DNA of 32,000 nt from Opitutales bacterium (GTDB lineage: Bacteria; Verrucomicrobiota; Verrucomicrobiia; Opitutales; Coraliomargaritaceae): positions 78,356 to 110,355 of the forward strand of contig JBMYVL010000009.1 of assembly GCA_049606355.1 (NCBI GenBank), read 5' to 3'. The notes below the pieces were generated by a model. It saw nothing but the letters and a program-made list of their open reading frames with translations. It searched no databases and was not told where the DNA came from. Position 1 is the first letter of the stretch. Each line of letters begins with the position of its first letter. Below, one piece after another: positions 29,177-32,000 of the stretch. Made by a program: the position numbers and the translations under genes.

Positions 29177-31023
29177 GTGCTGCCCTTAAAGTCAGCTTAA
29201 CGATAGCAGTGACGCTAAGTCTGCTGCTGGGGCCAAGCTTTGCTGCCTCGCAGTCTTTGCGGCCCAATATTGTGTGGCTGATATCGGAGGACAATTCCGC
29301 CCACTACTCGAAGCTCTACTTTGAGGCTGGAGCTGATATGCCGAACATCGGCAAGTTGGCAGAGGAGGGGGTGATCTTCAATCATGCCTTTTCAGTGGCG
29401 CCCGTCTGTTCGGTGGCACGGTCGACACTGGCGACCGGTAGTTATCCGTCGCGCTTGGGCATGCAGTTCCATCGACGCAGTGAAGCGGTGACCTTACCGG
29501 CGTCCGTAAGGCCAGTGTTTGAACTCATGCATGAGGCCGGGTATTACACTTCGTACTATCGGAAGAACGATTTCAATTTTAAGGCAGATATGGCCAAATG
29601 GGATGCCGACGGCGATTGGAGTGGTCGGGACGCGAATCAACCATTCTTTCATAAGCATCAGCTCCAGATTACTCACGAAAGTCATTTGCAGCGCACCAAT
29701 ACCGGGGGCACGGAAGCGCCGGAATTTGTAATGCCCCGGCATCCGAATACACCGTTGTTCCGTCAGGCGCAGCGCGCCTATGTGAAGCTCAATGAGACGA
29801 TGGACCAGCAATTGGGCGAATTGGTTGAGCGGCTGCGTGAGGAGGGTGTCCTGGAAGATACTTTCATCTTTTATTTCGGTGATCACGGAGGGGTACTCCC
29901 GGGCAGCAAGGGCTACCTCTACGAGACTGGCTTGCATGTGCCATTTGTGCTGCGCATTCCAAAAAACTTCCAACACTTGGTCGATTTAGAACCCGGCACT
30001 CGCACGGATGGCTTTATTGAGCTGGTCGACCTTGGGCCGACCACGCTACACTTGGCGGGGATTTCTGTGCCGGAGGGGATGGATGGTCGTGCCTTCATTG
30101 GGCCGGGCGTCACCCGTGCGGATTTGGAATCGCGTGATGAGGCCCTTGGCATCGCGGATCGCTTTGATGAAAAATACGATCTGGTGCGCAGCTTACGTCA
30201 GGGCAAGCTGAAGTATATCCGCAACTATACGCCCTTTAATTTTCATGGGATGTCGAACATCTACCGTTACAAAATGGCATCCTATCGTGAGTGGCTGGAT
30301 TTACACAAAGCTGGAAAGCTAACGCCATTGCAGGAGCGGTTTTTTGTCACCCGTCCGGTGGAGGAGTTGTATGATGTGGTCCAGGATCCGTACGAAACGG
30401 TTAATCTTGCGACGGATCCAGCTTATGCGGATGCCTTGGTAGAGCTGCGCGGGCGTTTGGTCGAGCGTTTGAAAGCGATGCCGGACCTCGGCTTTATTCC
30501 GGAGCGGGACCTGGTCGAGCAGGCGGTGTACGCACCGGCCGCCTTTGGGCAGGCTCAGCGAGCGCGCATCGACCGCCTCATCGACGTTGCGGATTTGGCG
30601 CTTCAGTCTTTCAGTGATGCCCGACCGGGGATCGAGGTGGCGCTTGCGGCCGATGATCCGATCCAGCGCTACTGGGGACTGATTGCATGCAGTATTTATA
30701 AGGAGCAGGCGCACGTCTTTCAGGACACTGCGAAGCAATTGGCGGCCTCGGACCCTGATCTTTTGGTGCGTGCTCGGGCGGCGGAATTTCTTGCGATCAT
30801 CCGAGCGGAGGATCCACAGCCGGTCCTGCTGGACGTGCTGGCCAAGTCAGAGTCGATGATGGAGTCGACCCAAGTGCTCAATATCATCACCCTGCTACAG
30901 GATGGTGAATGGGGATACAGCTTTGATCTCGATCCTGCGAAGATTCGAACCAGGGGCTTCTTTGTGGATCGTTGCCTCGTCCACCTCTGCGCTGTCCCCG
31001 TCCCACCGAAGCCACGCAAGTAG
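29173..31023 (+). CDS. Sulfatase (type I, formylglycine-dependent family) with a C-terminal HEAT-like extension
   Basis: Signal peptide MSAALKVSLTIAVTLSLLLGPSFAAS. PNIVWLISEDN (metal-binding Asp region). APVCSVARSTLATGSYP sits at the position of the C-x-P-x-R FGly motif. FGDHGG is present. The tail has DPDLLVRARAAEFLAII HEAT-like repeats. The start ATG overlaps the upstream TGA (ATGA). Confidence 0.9.
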   Translation: MSAALKVSLTIAVTLSLLLGPSFAASQSLRPNIVWLISEDNSAHYSKLYFEAGADMPNIGKLAEEGVIFNHAFSVAPVCSVARSTLATGSYPSRLGMQFHRRSEAVTLPASVRPVFELMHEAGYYTSYYRKNDFNFKADMAKWDADGDWSGRDANQPFFHKHQLQITHESHLQRTNTGGTEAPEFVMPRHPNTPLFRQAQRAYVKLNETMDQQLGELVERLREEGVLEDTFIFYFGDHGGVLPGSKGYLYETGLHVPFVLRIPKNFQHLVDLEPGTRTDGFIELVDLGPTTLHLAGISVPEGMDGRAFIGPGVTRADLESRDEALGIADRFDEKYDLVRSLRQGKLKYIRNYTPFNFHGMSNIYRYKMASYREWLDLHKAGKLTPLQERFFVTRPVEELYDVVQDPYETVNLATDPAYADALVELRGRLVERLKAMPDLGFIPERDLVEQAVYAPAAFGQAQRARIDRLIDVADLALQSFSDARPGIEVALAADDPIQRYWGLIACSIYKEQAHVFQDTAKQLAASDPDLLVRARAAEFLAIIRAEDPQPVLLDVLAKSESMMESTQVLNIITLLQDGEWGYSFDLDPAKIRTRGFFVDRCLVHLCAVPVPPKPRK

Positions 31024-31247
31024 GCCAGTCCTTTCGTTATGTTGAGTGTCCGAAGTTACTTTTTCCTGATTCTGTCCACGCCGTTGATCCCTGTCGCCAG
31101 CCCGTGGGCAGGGGCGCTCAATCGGTTGCTTTTGAGCTCCACGACTGCTACAGTGTGCATGGCGATGACGGTGATCGGGATGCTGCGGTGTGACTCCATT
31201 GCTGGCAGATAAAAAAACTAAAACCGATCTTTAGAATTTAACTTAGT

Positions 31248-32000
31248 ATGAAAAAATTAACGATGAACAAACTTACGTCGATCTACCTCAATCAATTGCG
31301 TTTGCTACTTGGGGTCCTTTTATTTGCTCTGGCAGGAAGCCATGCCCGGGCCGCGACTGTCGCTGACCTTACTTATGTAAACCAGGGTACTTATATCGAG
31401 ATCACCGATTGTGCACTGACTGCGACCGGAGAACTGAACCTTCCTGAGAGTTTGGAGGGGCTGCCCGTGACCAAAATCGGCTCCGATGCCTTTAGGGATT
31501 GCACTGGTCTGACTGCCATCGACATTCCCGACAGTGTGTCCAGCATGGGGCAACGGGCTTTCAAGGACTGTAGCAGTCTGCAAAATGTGCGCCTGTCGCA
31601 ATCACTCACGAGCATCAACAGAGCCGCGTTCGGAGGCTGTAGCAGCCTTCAGCAGATTGTGATTCCTGCTTCTGTGAACAGCCTGTCGGCAAATGTATTT
31701 AATAACTGTTCGAATCTGTCAGATATTATTTTTCGTGGCGGCTTGCCGTCGATCGGGACAGGAGCCTTTGATGGGGTTTCGCCCTCCGCCATACTGTATT
31801 ATCCCGAGGGAGCGACGGGGCTGGATGATCCCGATCTGAGTGCGCTGACAAAGGTGAATATCGGGGGTTATACTCCTTTTAAAGAATGGCTACTCGGGCA
31901 TGGTCTGGACAGCACTCTCTCGCCGGAAACCGATACGGGTGGGGATGGAGTCTCGCTGTTTACTGAGTATGCCCTGAATCTGGATCCGCACGCTAGTAAC
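31248..32000 (+). CDS. Secreted leucine-rich-repeat protein (BspA-like LRR), 3'-truncated by the window edge
   Basis: Hand-translated and absent from the track because no stop is reached. MKKLTMNKLTSIYLNQLRLLLGVLLFALAGSHARA is a signal peptide. It is followed by repeats of the type IGSDAFRDCTGLTAIDIPDSVSSMGQRAFKDCSSLQNVRLSQSLTSINRAAFGGCSSLQQIVIP. The frame stays open through nt 32000 (251 codons). Confidence 0.75.
   Translation, partial: MKKLTMNKLTSIYLNQLRLLLGVLLFALAGSHARAATVADLTYVNQGTYIEITDCALTATGELNLPESLEGLPVTKIGSDAFRDCTGLTAIDIPDSVSSMGQRAFKDCSSLQNVRLSQSLTSINRAAFGGCSSLQQIVIPASVNSLSANVFNNCSNLSDIIFRGGLPSIGTGAFDGVSPSAILYYPEGATGLDDPDLSALTKVNIGGYTPFKEWLLGHGLDSTLSPETDTGGDGVSLFTEYALNLDPHASN

Noticed and set aside
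30972-31193. 73-aa ORF spanning the sulfatase stop and the downstream intergenic region.
   Set aside because: It overlaps the sulfatase 3' end out of frame and has no motif or plausible start context.

Overview
Bacterial chromosomal window with dense coding on both strands. The gene content (TonB-dependent receptor with no SusD partner, sulfatase, GH2-like enzyme, BspA-type LRR protein, few Shine-Dalgarno sites) suggests a marine Verrucomicrobiota-like organism; this is inference only. Positions 1-18851 are ordinary housekeeping: ptsI (5' end off-window), an Hpt-domain ORF, an NSS Na+-symporter plus a small TM ORF missing from the track, an LptF/G permease, an RlmI-like methyltransferase, an HI0933-type flavoprotein, a CHAD and cytidylate-kinase-like pair, ABC-F Uup, aldose 1-epimerase, a tandem USP, a SulP/STAS anion transporter, a lipoprotein, a UvrD-family helicase and isochorismate synthase. 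The most unusual part is 18879-19415. It runs: intact tRNA-Asn(GUU), hairpin, an 86-87 aa stand-alone GIY-YIG nuclease ORF, a second degenerate tRNA-Asn copy carrying two insertions that form a 13-bp inverted repeat, then a second homologous hairpin. No integrase or transposase is visible. Positions 19567-32000 form a polysaccharide-utilisation-like cluster: TonB-dependent receptor, eda, kdgK, a hybrid sugar-binding/AraC regulator, a 1021-aa GH2-like protein translationally coupled to a secreted sulfatase with a non-canonical C-S-V-A-R active-site motif, and a secreted LRR protein running off the window. No CRISPR array, rRNA or recognisable transposase was seen. All calls come from hand-read motifs; no database search was possible.
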